A stretch of DNA of 63,623 nucleotides, the filler included, from Octopus bimaculoides (taxonomy: Eukaryota): assembly GCF_001194135.2 (NCBI RefSeq). It is 5 parts of 5 records of this genome, joined end to end, with 100 filler letters (N's around TTAATTAATTAA, not from the genome) between each part and the next. Parts side by side here need not be neighbours in the genome. Positions count along the whole stretch, not along the records: positions 1 to 24,533 come from NC_069000.1; positions 24,634 to 31,661 come from NC_069002.1; positions 31,762 to 41,165 come from NC_068982.1; 2 more parts are not named here. One strand, given 5' to 3'. Shown here in pieces: positions 24,411 to 36,943 of the stretch; the first letter of the stretch is position 1; every line of letters starts with the position of its first letter. The position numbers and the translations under genes are program-made. Under the pieces are notes generated by a model, which saw only the letters and a program-made list of their open reading frames with translations, searched no databases and had not been told where the DNA came from.

Positions 24411-24752
24411 ATGTGTGTATTTATGAGCGAAACACCTAAGCTCCACGCGGCTCCAGCAGAAGGTAATGGCGAACTTCTGCTGGCTCTTTCGCCATAACTT
24501 TGTCTCACTCTTTCCTCCTGTATCTAGCAGCACNNNNNNNNNNNNNNNNNNNNNNNNNNNNNNNNNNNNNNNNNNNNTTAATTAATTAANNNNNNNNNNN
24601 NNNNNNNNNNNNNNNNNNNNNNNNNNNNNNNNNGTGCTTACTCAATCTCTGCGATATTATTGCAGTAAAGGCTTTGTAGATCGTAGGGAGACAGGTTATA
24701 GCGGATACTTTGTGCTTTGGCAAGGATGTCTTGCTTTAGTTTTTCTTTTGCC

Positions 24753-24819
<67 letters not shown>

Positions 24820-24852
24820 CATTATTATTATCATTATTATTATTATTATTAG

Positions 24853-25070
24853 AAAGGCAGTGACATGGAAGAATCTTTAGCACACCGGATAAAATGCTTG
24901 ACGATATTTCGTCCGTCTTTACGTTATGAGTCTAAATTCCGCCGAGGTGAACATTGCCTTTTCTCTTTTTGGAATCAGTAAAATAAGAACCAGTCTAAGA
25001 CCAGGGTCGATGCAGTCGATTTTTAACCGAAATTGCTGGCCTTGGACCCAAATTAGAAACCGTATTAATA
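24853..25070 (+). mobile_element. SINE family C directly after a (TAT)n tract
   Basis: aaggcagtgacatggaagaatc...taaattccgccgagg...ggggtcgat pattern, decayed. Confidence 0.7.
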
Positions 25071-28000
25071 GATTATAATTATTTTTATCTTGTAGTTTAT
25101 AATTTGAACAGCTTTTGAATATTTGACATTATTACTTCTGTGTGTTGTTGCTAGAGTTGTTGCTGTTGTTGTTGTTGCTACTATTGTGAATAAACTGAAG
25201 CGTCCGTGAAATTTCATTGGAATTCTTTAAACACGTATGATTACGAGGGCTAAATGATGCTGGCTTTATACAATGCCGGAATAAGAATTCAGTGAAAATC
25301 CTCCTGGTAGAAAGAAACTGTTTATCATCGATTGATCCCATGTTTAATTATCGACATAGGGTTTAAATCATTATTTGAGTCGATGGCTAATATATTTGCG
25401 TATGTCTCATTAATGGTAAAATTCCGAAAATGATGGGGAGATGAAAAAAAAGAGAAAGAGAGAGAGAATAGTGTGAAGGAGGTGGAGGAAGAAGAGGACG
25501 GTATGAAATGGAAGAGAGAGAAAGATATTGGAGGTGACTGAATTAAAGGTGTGATTGGTGAAAAAGAAAGTGTTGAAAATGTGAAGGAGAGAACGAAGGA
25601 GAAAATTGCAGTTATGAACAGAGACAAACGGACAGACAAGCAGTCAGACACACACGAAGACATTGAAAGAGATGGACACAATATACAGAGATGATAGAGA
25701 GCAATGGCTTTATAGGTAGAGATCTCATTTTCGCGTCAACATCTTAGATTTCTGTTGTTCTTGCTTTGATTCTGTTTTTTTTTTTCTCTCTCTCTCTTCC
25801 ACTGTTTCTCCGTATTCTTCTACATCAGCACCGAACCATCTTTTATTACTCTCTCAGTTCGCAACTATTAACTAGATTCATTATATCTATCGTTTTTCTC
25901 ATCCATCAACGCCTATCACTATGAGAAACAAACAAAAATTAAAAGTAGAAACAGGGAACGTTGAAGGCCGCTTTGAAAGACTGTGAATAAAAATAAATGA
26001 GAAGAAGAAATCAATTATAAGACAAAACGAATTAGATTGTCATATGTTCTCGCTGTATTTATTGTCCAGATTCTCTGCAACCATTTCCGATATTTAATTA
26101 TAGAAACAGCATTAACCATGATGTTGTGTTGGGGTAGAGCTAGGAAGAAAGATCGAACGAGTAAAGAGCACAAGTGAGTGTGTCTGTGTGTCTGTGCTGC
26201 CTGTGTCTGTATGTGTAGGTAAAGGGGAAGTGCGCAGGTAGGTGAAAATCTATACTTCACCACTCCACCGTCGTAGAGACTACATAGAACCTACCACATA
26301 CATTAACAATCAATATACCTTTAAAAGATTTCAGCATATTCTGTAACTCTACCAAGATCACCACAAACAGAATGAAGAACGTACAATGATAACGAAGATA
26401 CGAACAACAACAACAACAACCAAATACACTACAATTGATCTTGTCACGTATAAGCAGAGATATCAAATCTCTGCCAACTCCGAGCTCGACCGTCTCCTGC
26501 AGCAACCAATGCGAACATTACATCATCTCATCGTAATCAAGAACTATTATAAATCCATTCGCTATTACCTCTGACACGACCACTAACATCATTGGATCCA
26601 CTGTGACTACCACTACCACTGCATCAACTAGATCTACATCAGTAAACAGCAGTACAAGCAGCACTAACGTGACATTTTATTCTGTTCGTCATTATTATCA
26701 GCACAAAGCATTAATAGCTTTAAAAATTTCTCTCCAACGCTGATCAAACGAACTTTAATATTTTTTCCTCTGATGATCTTGCAAAAATCATGCATAAAAT
26801 TTCTACAAAATAAATTCTGCTCTTATTATATATGTATTTGTATATTTATTTTTTTCGTTTTATCTTTTAATTTTTTCGATTAAAATGCTGTACAATAAAG
26901 TTGCTGGAGAGGCATGTCCATTCTTTCTTATATACTGGAATAAAAAAAAAATGTGCGATCGAGCGGTAAATCTATTGATGGCTTTGCATTGAGATTTGAT
27001 ACAATCTGAGCTTGGGAAATGTTCTTGTAAGAGCTTAATATGGTTGGATCAAAGAGCGGTGGATTAAAGAACGAGGACTAGGCTCCACGGTTCCGAAGCC
27101 GTCTATATTTAGCAACACTTCACTGGCGGACGGACATGTATTTATACATTTAGCTATTTATTTATTCATTTATTTTATCTCAACACTTGTGAACATTAGC
27201 ATTGTTGGTTACAGGTTTTCAATGATCCGTTACAAGTGCTTTTATAAACTGAAAATACCTCTTAGAATTAGTTAAAGATGGGATTAAAAACCAAAATAAC
27301 TCAACATTCTTCAACTAGAGACACAAATAAATTGTTGAGAAAGATATCAAATTTTCCAACACTTTCCATATGGGAGTGACATACGTCTTAAGTATTATTA
27401 TAAAGGCGAACCTACATCTTATTCAAAAAGACACCCCTAAAAGATTTAATCAAAGAAAGGTTAATCACCAACAGCAAACTTGAAGGAAGAAAGTAAATAA
27501 ATAAATTATGAAAAATAATCCAAAATGCAAAATTGGCAAATAATTCCGAATTTTACAAAACCGTAAAATCTTACAAAAATCTGGTGTGACTCATTCATTA
27601 GAGACAACTGAAATTATTTGGAAAATGAGTTCCGGCATAATCTGACATGAACTTCAAGAACAGAATGTCTTTTAAAATAAATGTAGATATGAGTTGAAGA
27701 ACAGAGAATTTGGATATACTGTATAACTGTGTTAAGAGAGTAGTTTCCGTCAAAACTGGGACCTGCTTCTGTGAATCAGTTCCAAAAAATATAACTGTTT
27801 AAACTATGGAAAATCCCGCTGTCCAAACATTTTTTTGTGAGAACAAGAAACTCGGATATTTTATTTTTATATATGCTCTAGGGATGATCTACAAAACAGG
27901 AAAGAAATAAAAAAGTTTTTTGTCTTATAAATCGCTGTACGCATGTTAAACAGTGAATTTTGATATCATAACGTTCATATGTATCCTTAGAATGTTGAAA

Positions 28001-29025
28001 CACCTTCAAACGCATATAAGTTAATCACTGATGAGTCACACTTATGCCGAAAACTGGTGTGACAGAATCTTTTGTATAAATGAATCGAGTGTGTTATGAA
28101 AACCGAGTCGTCGTAAAGGAGAAGTTATTCTCCTGTGACTAACACAACAGTCATTAACATATTTGTGTTCGAGTGAGCCGGAAAGTAGTGAGAATAAATA
28201 TGCACGTCATCATTTTTAATGAATATTTTCTAAAACTATATTCATAACAGCTCTACATAACAAAAAAAAAACGAGAAAAGACCGTACGAATAATGACGTT
28301 ACTCAGCAATTTTACGCATCCTTATATCAGCAAGATGGATCACAGCATACATGTGAAGAAATATACAGTTTTTCTTTCATTTTTTTCTAACAATGGACTC
28401 TTAATTTATTAATACGGACACGCATTCACATATTTACCTATGTGTGTGTATGTGCCTGTGTGCCAGTGTATGCGTACGTGCATGTGTGTACACACACACA
28501 CACACACACATATTTTTATATACCTATACATATACATATCTGTGTGTGCGCAGAGTGAGGTGTCCAACGCACTTTCGCTCACAGCTGCTCTTCAATTACA
28601 AAATTTAGAACTGAAAGGTTGAGTCAAAATATTAATAAAAAGCCTTAGAATATCTGCTGTTGGTTTATCAGCATTATACGTTGCTATTTAAATTCGTAAA
28701 CTTGTGCTGCATCACGGGTTCGAAAGCAAGGCTTCGAGATCTAAAAATTGAAGTGTGCCGATACTTGTTCAGATTTAAAATACAGATTTATACAGAATTG
28801 AAAGACTGGCATTCTGAGCATAATTCACTAATTGTTTGAACAATGATTTCTTTCACAGCATTAATGTGGATTAATGGTTTCATTAATGATGGACCGATTC
28901 ACGTCGAAACTGGCGTCAGCTGGTTGATATTTAATCCAGCTTTTGTATAAAATTATGCGATACCGCATATATGTTCACAAAAATATATATGTGAGTGTGT
29001 ATGTGTGTGTGTTTACGTATATATA

Positions 29026-29061
<36 letters not shown>

Positions 29062-29098
29062 TATATGTAGATATGTATGTATGTATGTATGTATGTCT

Positions 29099-29923
29099 AT
29101 AGAGTGCTATGTGTAAATTGTCACTTCTTTACATTTTCAATTTCGCTCATGAGAATTATTTGTTCTTGATTTTGTCGACTACACAGTATAATAGTATCTT
29201 TTGGACATTGTCTGTGAGAAAAACAGCAGCATGACGCCAGAATTTTGGAAACGACAAGCTCTACTGCTTCGCATTTGCACCGGAAGCTCCAATACGAACA
29301 TTTCAGAGTGTTTGGGTGTCAATCCCAGGACAGTGCTATCTGAGGACTTGTACCGAGAGTGATATAAATCAAACATCCAATCAACATCATGGTGTTTGGA
29401 GTTAAGCCTCTATTCATCTTTCCACACGGGCTCAGACTCAACACAGATTCCTACATCAAACGCCCGGAGGAGGTAATGCTGCTCTGGATCAAGAGGGTGG
29501 CTACTGGAACACTCTATGTCTGGCAACAGGACTCTGCACCATTTCACACAATCAGGAGAACGCAGTCATAGCTGTCAGACAATTTCTGACACTACATCAC
29601 CCCTAACTGGCCACCTAACTCCGCATACTGCAACCTCCTTGTGTAGGGTGCAGTTGAGCGAGAGACCAGTAAAACTCCTTGTAATACCAAAGATGGCAGC
29701 ATTCACCAACTTAAAAAGGAGGCCGTCCAGAAGAGTTGCAGGAGATTCCAAAGTCGTTTGGAGGCCGTGGTTGAAGCCAATGGCAATTCTATTGAATAAA
29801 TTTACTCTTTAGTATTTCAAGATATTTTTATCTAATTTTGGTAAACATATCTGTTAAAATGAGATGTCAGTGTTATTTTCATTTTTTGCGTAATTTAGAC
29901 AACAATATAATCATCACACCCTG
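29099..29923 (+). mobile_element. Internally deleted DD37D (maT/mori-like) element
   Basis: FIFPHGLRLNTDSYIK...YVWQQDSAPFHT...WPPNS. Ends cacaccctg|TA. Confidence 0.82.
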
Positions 29924-32792
29924 TATACATAAACATATATATATATGCATTCNNNNNNNNNNNNNNNNNNNNNNNNNNNNNNNNNNNNNNNNNNNNNNNN
30001 NNNNNNNNNNNNNNNNNNNNNNNNNNNNNNNNNNNNNNNNNNNNNNNNNNNNNNNNNNNNNNNNNNNNNNNNNNNNNATAAACATATGTAGATATGTTGG
30101 AGTTAGGAAATCAATATTGGAGGTTTCAAAAGGATATATATTTTTTATGTCACATACTTTTTGCCTTAGGTCATAAAAATGTACAAAAAATTTATATTAT
30201 GTATATAAAAAAGGATGTAAAAATATAATAATAAATATAAGTTTAAATATAGAAATATGTATGTGTGAGTGCATATATATGTATGTTGGCAATCTAAAAT
30301 TATCTTACGATCGTTTCGCGAAAATATTGGTGCTGTAATAATATCCTAAATGGATTATTATATATAGGTAATATTTCTGCTCATCAGAAATGTAATTATT
30401 TTTGTGATATGTATTTGTATATATAGTTTTTGGATAATAATAATAATAATAATATAGTCTATAAAAATAGATGTCTTGTAAACAAGACATCTATTTTTAT
30501 AGACTGTTTACATACGTACAAGAGATAAACTCGCACATATATCTAGACGTATTTTCCCCTTTTAGATATTTCAGTAATTGAACATGATGTGGCAACCCCA
30601 TGATGGGAATATCCGAATTATTCTATTACATTACTCATCTCTTTCAAAGTCCCATATTTCTTCTATCGCTTTCTTCGATCGGACCGCTAATTGTATATTG
30701 AATCTTTATATCAGGTCATAACTTAGTTCTCTATTGTAATAAACTATTAATTCATGGAAATGTTTTAAAAAATCGACTCCTATCAAAGATGATTTACAAG
30801 TATATATCGACGGCTAACCCAGGAATAACGAATATAATATAACAATAAATCTGCAAATGTAAAATTTATGAATGTCTTAATCTCAACTGAAGACGACGTC
30901 TTCTGCTTCACTATACATTTGGAAACGAGAAGAATTTTTAATGTATTACATTACACAACAGTATAAACTAGGGAATGAATTCTATATAGGAAATATGATG
31001 AACATAAGTGAGCGCATGTGTGTGTGTGTGTGTGTATGTATGTATTATGTATGTATGTATGTATGTATGTATGCATGTATATGTATGTATGTAGGTAGAT
31101 GGGTATGTATATATGTATGTATATAATTGATAAAGGAAACAGAAGATGAATTTAGTATGAATCTTTATTCATCACGACGATCGTTTCGACACATCCTGCA
31201 TCTGTCCCATAGGATATGAGGCATCAGGTTGCGTTGCATCAATCAGTGCAGGCTGTGTCATTTCAGGTGCTTGGGGTAGAAAAATATCCCACTAGATCTA
31301 CTGAGATTTCACTGGACTGTTGTTCTGGCTAGTTGTACGCCGGTACAATAACAGTGCATTACCGGCGATCGTCGTACTGAATGAAGGTCCGTACTCAATC
31401 AACATCCCTTTCTTTCACCAAGTATAAACTCAACAAACACTGCGGATTTTCTGACGTAGATCCAGTGTAAATTATATCGTTACTGAAGATGACACCAGGT
31501 AACCCAGACGGTGAATGCGCTCTAATCGACATACTAATAGATAGATATGTTTCTTTATTAGACACACAGGGCTGCACACAGAGGGGACAAATACAACTGT
31601 AGAGCTTTTCTTTAAAAAAATTTTAAAAATAAAAAATCCGATCAAAAGGGATCGGTAGGGGNNNNNNNNNNNNNNNNNNNNNNNNNNNNNNNNNNNNNNN
31701 NNNNNTTAATTAATTAANNNNNNNNNNNNNNNNNNNNNNNNNNNNNNNNNNNNNNNNNNNNAGATTCTGTGTACACAGACTCAAACACACACATCCACCC
31801 GTGTGTGTGTGTGTGTTTGTGTGCATGTGAGATTGAAATGGAAGCATCAAAGAGAAACAAGTTTTTATCTTGGTTGGAATTTACATTTTACGCTAAGTAA
31901 TGACCTGAAAAATTAAAAATATAAATATATATATATTGCAGTCTACTTTATTAATTAATCATACATGAATATTAATTGATCGATATTAATTAATCTACAT
32001 GAACCGAACCAGATGTTGGATAGACCTCAGCACAGTCATACAAATAACAGTCAAATTACTGTTAGAAATAAAAGTCAAATCGCCTCAAATCATATCCTAC
32101 GGTCTAAAACATAGAAGGATATGTTGGAAATTATAGTCACTGATGCTCAAACAGTCGCAAGTCACGGTTGGAGCGCCTTTGGTTATTGATCTGTCTACTT
32201 GTCAGAGTTTGTCACAAAGCTAAGAAAAATAATAACAGGATTGCTTCTTAAGTTTGAATAAATAAATTGGTGGAGATTTTGATGTGGGAATGAGCATACA
32301 TACACATACGTGTGTTCTTTTGTATCTTCAATGCAATAATCGTCGGGGAAGAATGAGTTAAAATAGTTAAACATGGTGAAAGCGGTTGTTCAGTGCAAAA
32401 TATTTAGAATAGAAGATAAAGATCTCAATGATATTTCAAAATTTCATTTGTTTTGCCCTACAGCTGTTTTGACGGAATAATTACAAACACCATCAACCAT
32501 ATAATCATTCTGTGTTTAATGTATAATTTGTACATAATTAATAAATTTGAATGAGACGAATAAATCGTTTACTCAGACAGCGATCGTTGACATGTCACTT
32601 AGATGCTACACCATCAGACTCTCTGAGCTTGCGGTATGTCATAAAATGAAAGATCTCATACATCACCATGTTTCACCATATTTACGATCATTAATGTTAT
32701 TTATTTTACATGTTTTTTTTGTTTGTTTTTTTTATCCAAATGGTGAGAAAAGGGATCACAGCAATCCGAGTCCACCTTTATCTCTATTAAAC

Positions 32793-33135
32793 TTTGCTGT
32801 TAACATCTGACTGGGATCACAGACCGGCATTCTGCCGGTTATGACGACGGATTTAACAGTTGATTCGATCAACAGAACAGCCTGCTCGAGAAATTAACAT
32901 GCAAGTGACTGAGTGTTCCACAGATACGCTTATTTTTAACGTAGCCATTAGGGAAATTCAGCTTGATACAGATTGTGACAAAACTGGCCCTTTAAAGCAC
33001 AGCTACAACTCATTTCTGCCAGCTGGAGCAACTAGAAATAAAGTGTCTTGCTGGAGGAAACAACGTGCCGCCGGGAATCGAACTCATGACTTTATGATCA
33101 TGAGCCGAATATTCTAACCATTAAGCCACGCTCCA
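32793..33135 (-). mobile_element. SINE family D
   Basis: Head gtggcttaatggttagaatattcggctcatgatc...gagttcgattcccgg on the minus strand. Confidence 0.78.
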
Positions 33136-33637
33136 CATGATTCTGAATTATTATTATTATTATTATTCCAAAAGAAACAATATGATGACTGTGACATACC
33201 AGGCGATTTCTTACAAAAAGAAACATGCATAATTCTCAACATCTACTGGGGTTACAATCAGGACCGGCTCCTCGGGTTGCTGGCGACCCGAGCAAAGCTG
33301 AACTTCAGCGTGTACAAGCAGATGTTCGTGGAAATTTCCTTGTCTTTGTCACGCCCTCCTTGATGCCCCCTAGCACATGGCGCCCCAGGCGACTGCCCGA
33401 GTTGTCGGTACCTTGAACAGGCCCTGGTTACAACGGGTCTGTTTCGAAGGAGCAAAACCCCACGAAATATGGCATATACACTCATTACCCATTTTTGTCT
33501 TCGATCTCATTGTTTGTTTACATCCGACGTCTCGATACGAAACGTTGTAGCAAAAGGAATCACTGCTGGCTGCTATTTCTGTAGAAATAACCATAACAAA
33601 ATAATATAAAGAGCACTGCTAACGCAGGAGGACGTGG

Positions 33638-34036
33638 TACTCTCTTACTCTCTTTTACTTGTTTCAGTCATTTGACTGCGGCCATGCTGGAGCACCGCCT
33701 TTTAATCGAGCAAATTGACTCCAGGACTTATTTTTTGTAAGCCTAGTACTTATTCCATCGGTCTCTTTTGCCGAATCGCTAAGTTACGGGGACGTCAACA
33801 CACCAGCATCGGTTGTCAAGCGATGTTGGGGGGACACATACAGACACACAAACACACATATATGCATATATACGACGAGCTTCTTTCAGTTTCCGTCTAC
33901 CAAATCCACTCACAAGGCCTTGGTCAGCCCGAGGCTATAGTAGAAGACACTTGCCCAAGGTGCCACGCAGTGGGAATGAACCCTGAACCATGTGGTTGGT
34001 AAGCAAGCTACTTACCACACAGCCACTCCTGCGCCT
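33638..34036 (-). mobile_element. SINE family A, full length
   Basis: Complete head, core, internal (CA/TA) microsatellite and tail. Confidence 0.92.
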
Positions 34037-34261
34037 ATAAATGGTGCTCATTTATAAAAACATTTAATACACTTAATAGTATATTATGGTTGCATAACGA
34101 AATACCACGTACTTACAAGTCATTAATACTCTTCTGTGTATATAAAAATGTATGTTTATCCCGGTTTCATTCAGTTTGTATCAAATGCCGGTTTATATAC
34201 GTATAATATTATGATGTTTGTATTGAAATATATATATATGTGTGGCTTTTTCTCATTTCAG

Positions 34262-34323
34262 GTGATGGAGTGATTTCAATGGATGAGTTTGTAGGAGGTT
34301 TACGTGGACGTGGAACTGCCTAG
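34262..34323 (+). CDS. Putative last coding exon of an EF-hand calcium-binding protein (upstream exons not found)
   Basis: Strong acceptor ctttttctcatttcag. Encodes (x)DGVISMDEFVGGLRGRGTA*, fitting the second half of an EF-hand loop (xDGxISxxEF). Higher GC than its flanks. Confidence 0.5.
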
Positions 34324-34579
34324 ATTCCAGAAACTTATAGAATCTGCTACCCGCCTTCTTTTCCCAATACACATACATCCATACATAGGCATACACACAC
34401 TCGCAGATATATATTACACACATATATATACATAGATAATATACATGCATACATACATATATATAAATATGTATGTAAGCATGTATGCATATATTATATA
34501 TAATACATATATTTAAATATAGAAAATGCATATATACACGCATGTATATATTGTATATACAGATGAATATATATGTATA

Positions 34580-34634
<55 letters not shown>

Positions 34635-35829
34635 NNNNNNNNNNNNNNNNNNNNNNNNNNNNNNNNNNNNNNNNNNNNNNNNNNNNNNNNNNNNNNNNNN
34701 NNNNNNNNNNNNNNNNNNNNNNNNNNNNNNNNNNNNNNNNNNNNNNNNNNNNNNNNNNNNNNNNNNNNNNNNNNNNNNNNNNNNNNNNNNNNNNNNNNNN
34801 NNNNNNNNNNNNNNNNNNNNNNNNNNNNNNNNNNNNNNNNNNNNNNNNNNNNNNNNNNNNNNNNNNNNNNNNNNNNNNNNNNNNNNNNNNNNNNNNNNNN
34901 NNNNNNNNNNNNNNNNNNNNNNNNNNNNNNNNNNNNNNNNNNNNNNNNNNNNNNNNNNNNNNNNNNNNNNNNNNNNNNNNNNNNNNNNNNNNNNNNNNNN
35001 NNNNNNNNNNNNNNNNNNNNNNNNNNNNNNNNNNNNNNNNNNNNNNNNNNNNNNNNNNNNNNNNNNNNNNNNNNNNNNNNNNNNNNNNNNNNNNNNNNNN
35101 NNNNNNNNNNNNNNNNNNNNNNNNNNNNNNNNNNNNNNNNNNNNNNNNNNNNNNNNNNNNNNNNNNNNNNNNNNNNNNNNNNNNNNNNNNNNNNNNNNNN
35201 NNNNNNNNNNNNNNNNNNNNNNNNNNNNNNNNNNNNNNNNNNNNNNNNNNNNNNNNNNNNNNCATGTAAAAGCAAATCAACAAACCATCTCTAATGAGTC
35301 GTTGTGTTTTGTCATTTTTAATTATTTTCTTTTTTATTTGTAATTGTTTTGTTCGTTTGTTATATCAGGTTGTCAGATAAATTCGTTCGTTTCCCCTTCA
35401 TTTATTCTAATCCTTTCCAATATAATTTGAATTAACAAGGAAACTATTTTTTATCGTAGTGTTTTGCGATCTTTTTGCGGATCTTTTCTTCTTTTATAAA
35501 TTTAGTTTATCATTTTAGAGTTTCGAAATAATTTTACCTCTTCAGTTACATGACGAAAGTGTGGCGAGCAGAAATAAAAGAACGAATTTATCTGACAACT
35601 AAAGCGTATTTCATATGGAAATGAAAAAATCTGTGATCAGGTTGTAGTATTAAAATAAAAATAAAAACACTGAGTAGCTTTACTATTTATGTATGTAAAA
35701 AAAACCAACGTTAAAAAAAAATAAGGATAACAATGATGTGTGTGATATGACTAAATATAGTGAAGCCACACACGAAGAAGAAATGAAAGGAAAAATCACA
35801 GAATGACAAATAACACGACGAGAGTCGGG

Positions 35830-36500
35830 GACCCTGATGTACACCGAACCCTCACACTTTAGTGACTGGCGTGCTTTGGTCACAAACCAGACAATGGAGG
35901 GTATATTTTTGCTGTTCAGGATCATCTTCCAACAAAGAATCACCAGAGCGATCTTCTGGGACATGAAAGAAGTCCATCGCACCTCGTATTCGGAGAACAT
36001 CGAGAGACAATCGACCTCATAACCTCAGGATGCAGCCGACTGGCACCCACAGAATATTTGCAAAGGCGTGACAGGACAGCTCAGGACAAACACTAGTCAC
36101 TGTACGGCACATACAGCATCCCTCACAATGAGAATTAATGGCAACACAAACCACTACAAGTTGCCCAGGATGCCGAGGTTTCCATCCTTTGGAATTTCAG
36201 TGTCCAAACTGACCGAGAAATACAGGTTTATTGACCAGAGGCCATGTTGAAAAGATTTGTCTTTTGATTGATGTTGCAACCCAGGCTGACAAAAATATCG
36301 TTAAAAACGGTTGAGGAATCGAACAAAAGAGAGTGGCATCGCAGAGCAACAACATCACCCATTGTTATTGGGGAACTTGGAATGGTACCAGCAATTTTGG
36401 CACAAGGCCAGTATTTACAGGACGCAAAGTCAACCTCGGCAGCATTTAAACACAGAACATATCGACCGACGTGTATTGCGTACTTTTTGTCCTTGATTAC
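35830..36500 (+). mobile_element. Highly decayed RLE-type (R4/Dong-like) LINE 3' remnant
   Basis: AQDHLPTKNHQ...RETIDLITSGCSRLAPTEYLQRRD...VSILWNFSVQTDREI...PIVIGELG. Confidence 0.65.
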
Positions 36501-36553
36501 TAATTGTGATATATATGCAAACGGTTGATTAATTAAAGATAACATCACATATT

Positions 36554-36754
36554 TACAGTTCTATATTTAAGAGATGAGGAATTATGTACATTATTTACAT
36601 TATTTACACGGGCATATGGCGTAGTGGTTAAGAGCGCGGGCTACTAACCCCAAGATTCTGAGTTCGATTCCAAGCAGTGACCTGAACACTAACAACAACA
36701 ACAGCAACAATAATAATAATAATAATAATAATAACAACAACAACAATAATAATG

Positions 36755-36785
<31 letters not shown>

Positions 36786-36943
36786 CAACAACATCGAAAA
36801 ATACTTTAGGTATGAGAACCCAGGTTCGAAATTTCCCCAAGACACCAGATGAAGGCTGGAGGGTATATCAGCCGAAACATTGTGTTAACAACAAACAAGA
36901 TGAGGGCAAATATCCGTCAAATGTAAATAGTGTAAATAATGTA
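36554..36943 (+). mobile_element. Composite non-autonomous element: tRNA-like Pol III head, (AAC/AAT)n linker, hammerhead-like module, inverted ends
   Basis: A box tggcgtagtgg (36617-36627) and B box agttcgattcc (36661-36671). Hammerhead-like fold at 36841-36886. 22-bp inverted repeat at 36587-36608 / 36922-36943 (21/22). Confidence 0.75.

Noticed and set aside
24578-24589. TTAATTAATTAA islands inside N runs (also 31706-31717, 41210-41221, 59898-59909)
   Set aside because: Each sits in the centre of a 100-bp gap (44 N + 12 + 44 N where counted) and has stops in all six frames. This is an assembly spacer, not biology.
32731-32747. tatccaaatg|gtgag as the upstream donor for the EF-hand exon (would give xPNGDG)
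   Set aside because: The codon needed for loop position 1 is TAT rather than Asp, and the upstream sequence is poly-T with no acceptor.
36610-36685. Functional tRNA gene (also 23906-23985)
   Set aside because: Has A/B boxes but no proper acceptor stem or downstream poly-T terminator; treated as SINE heads.
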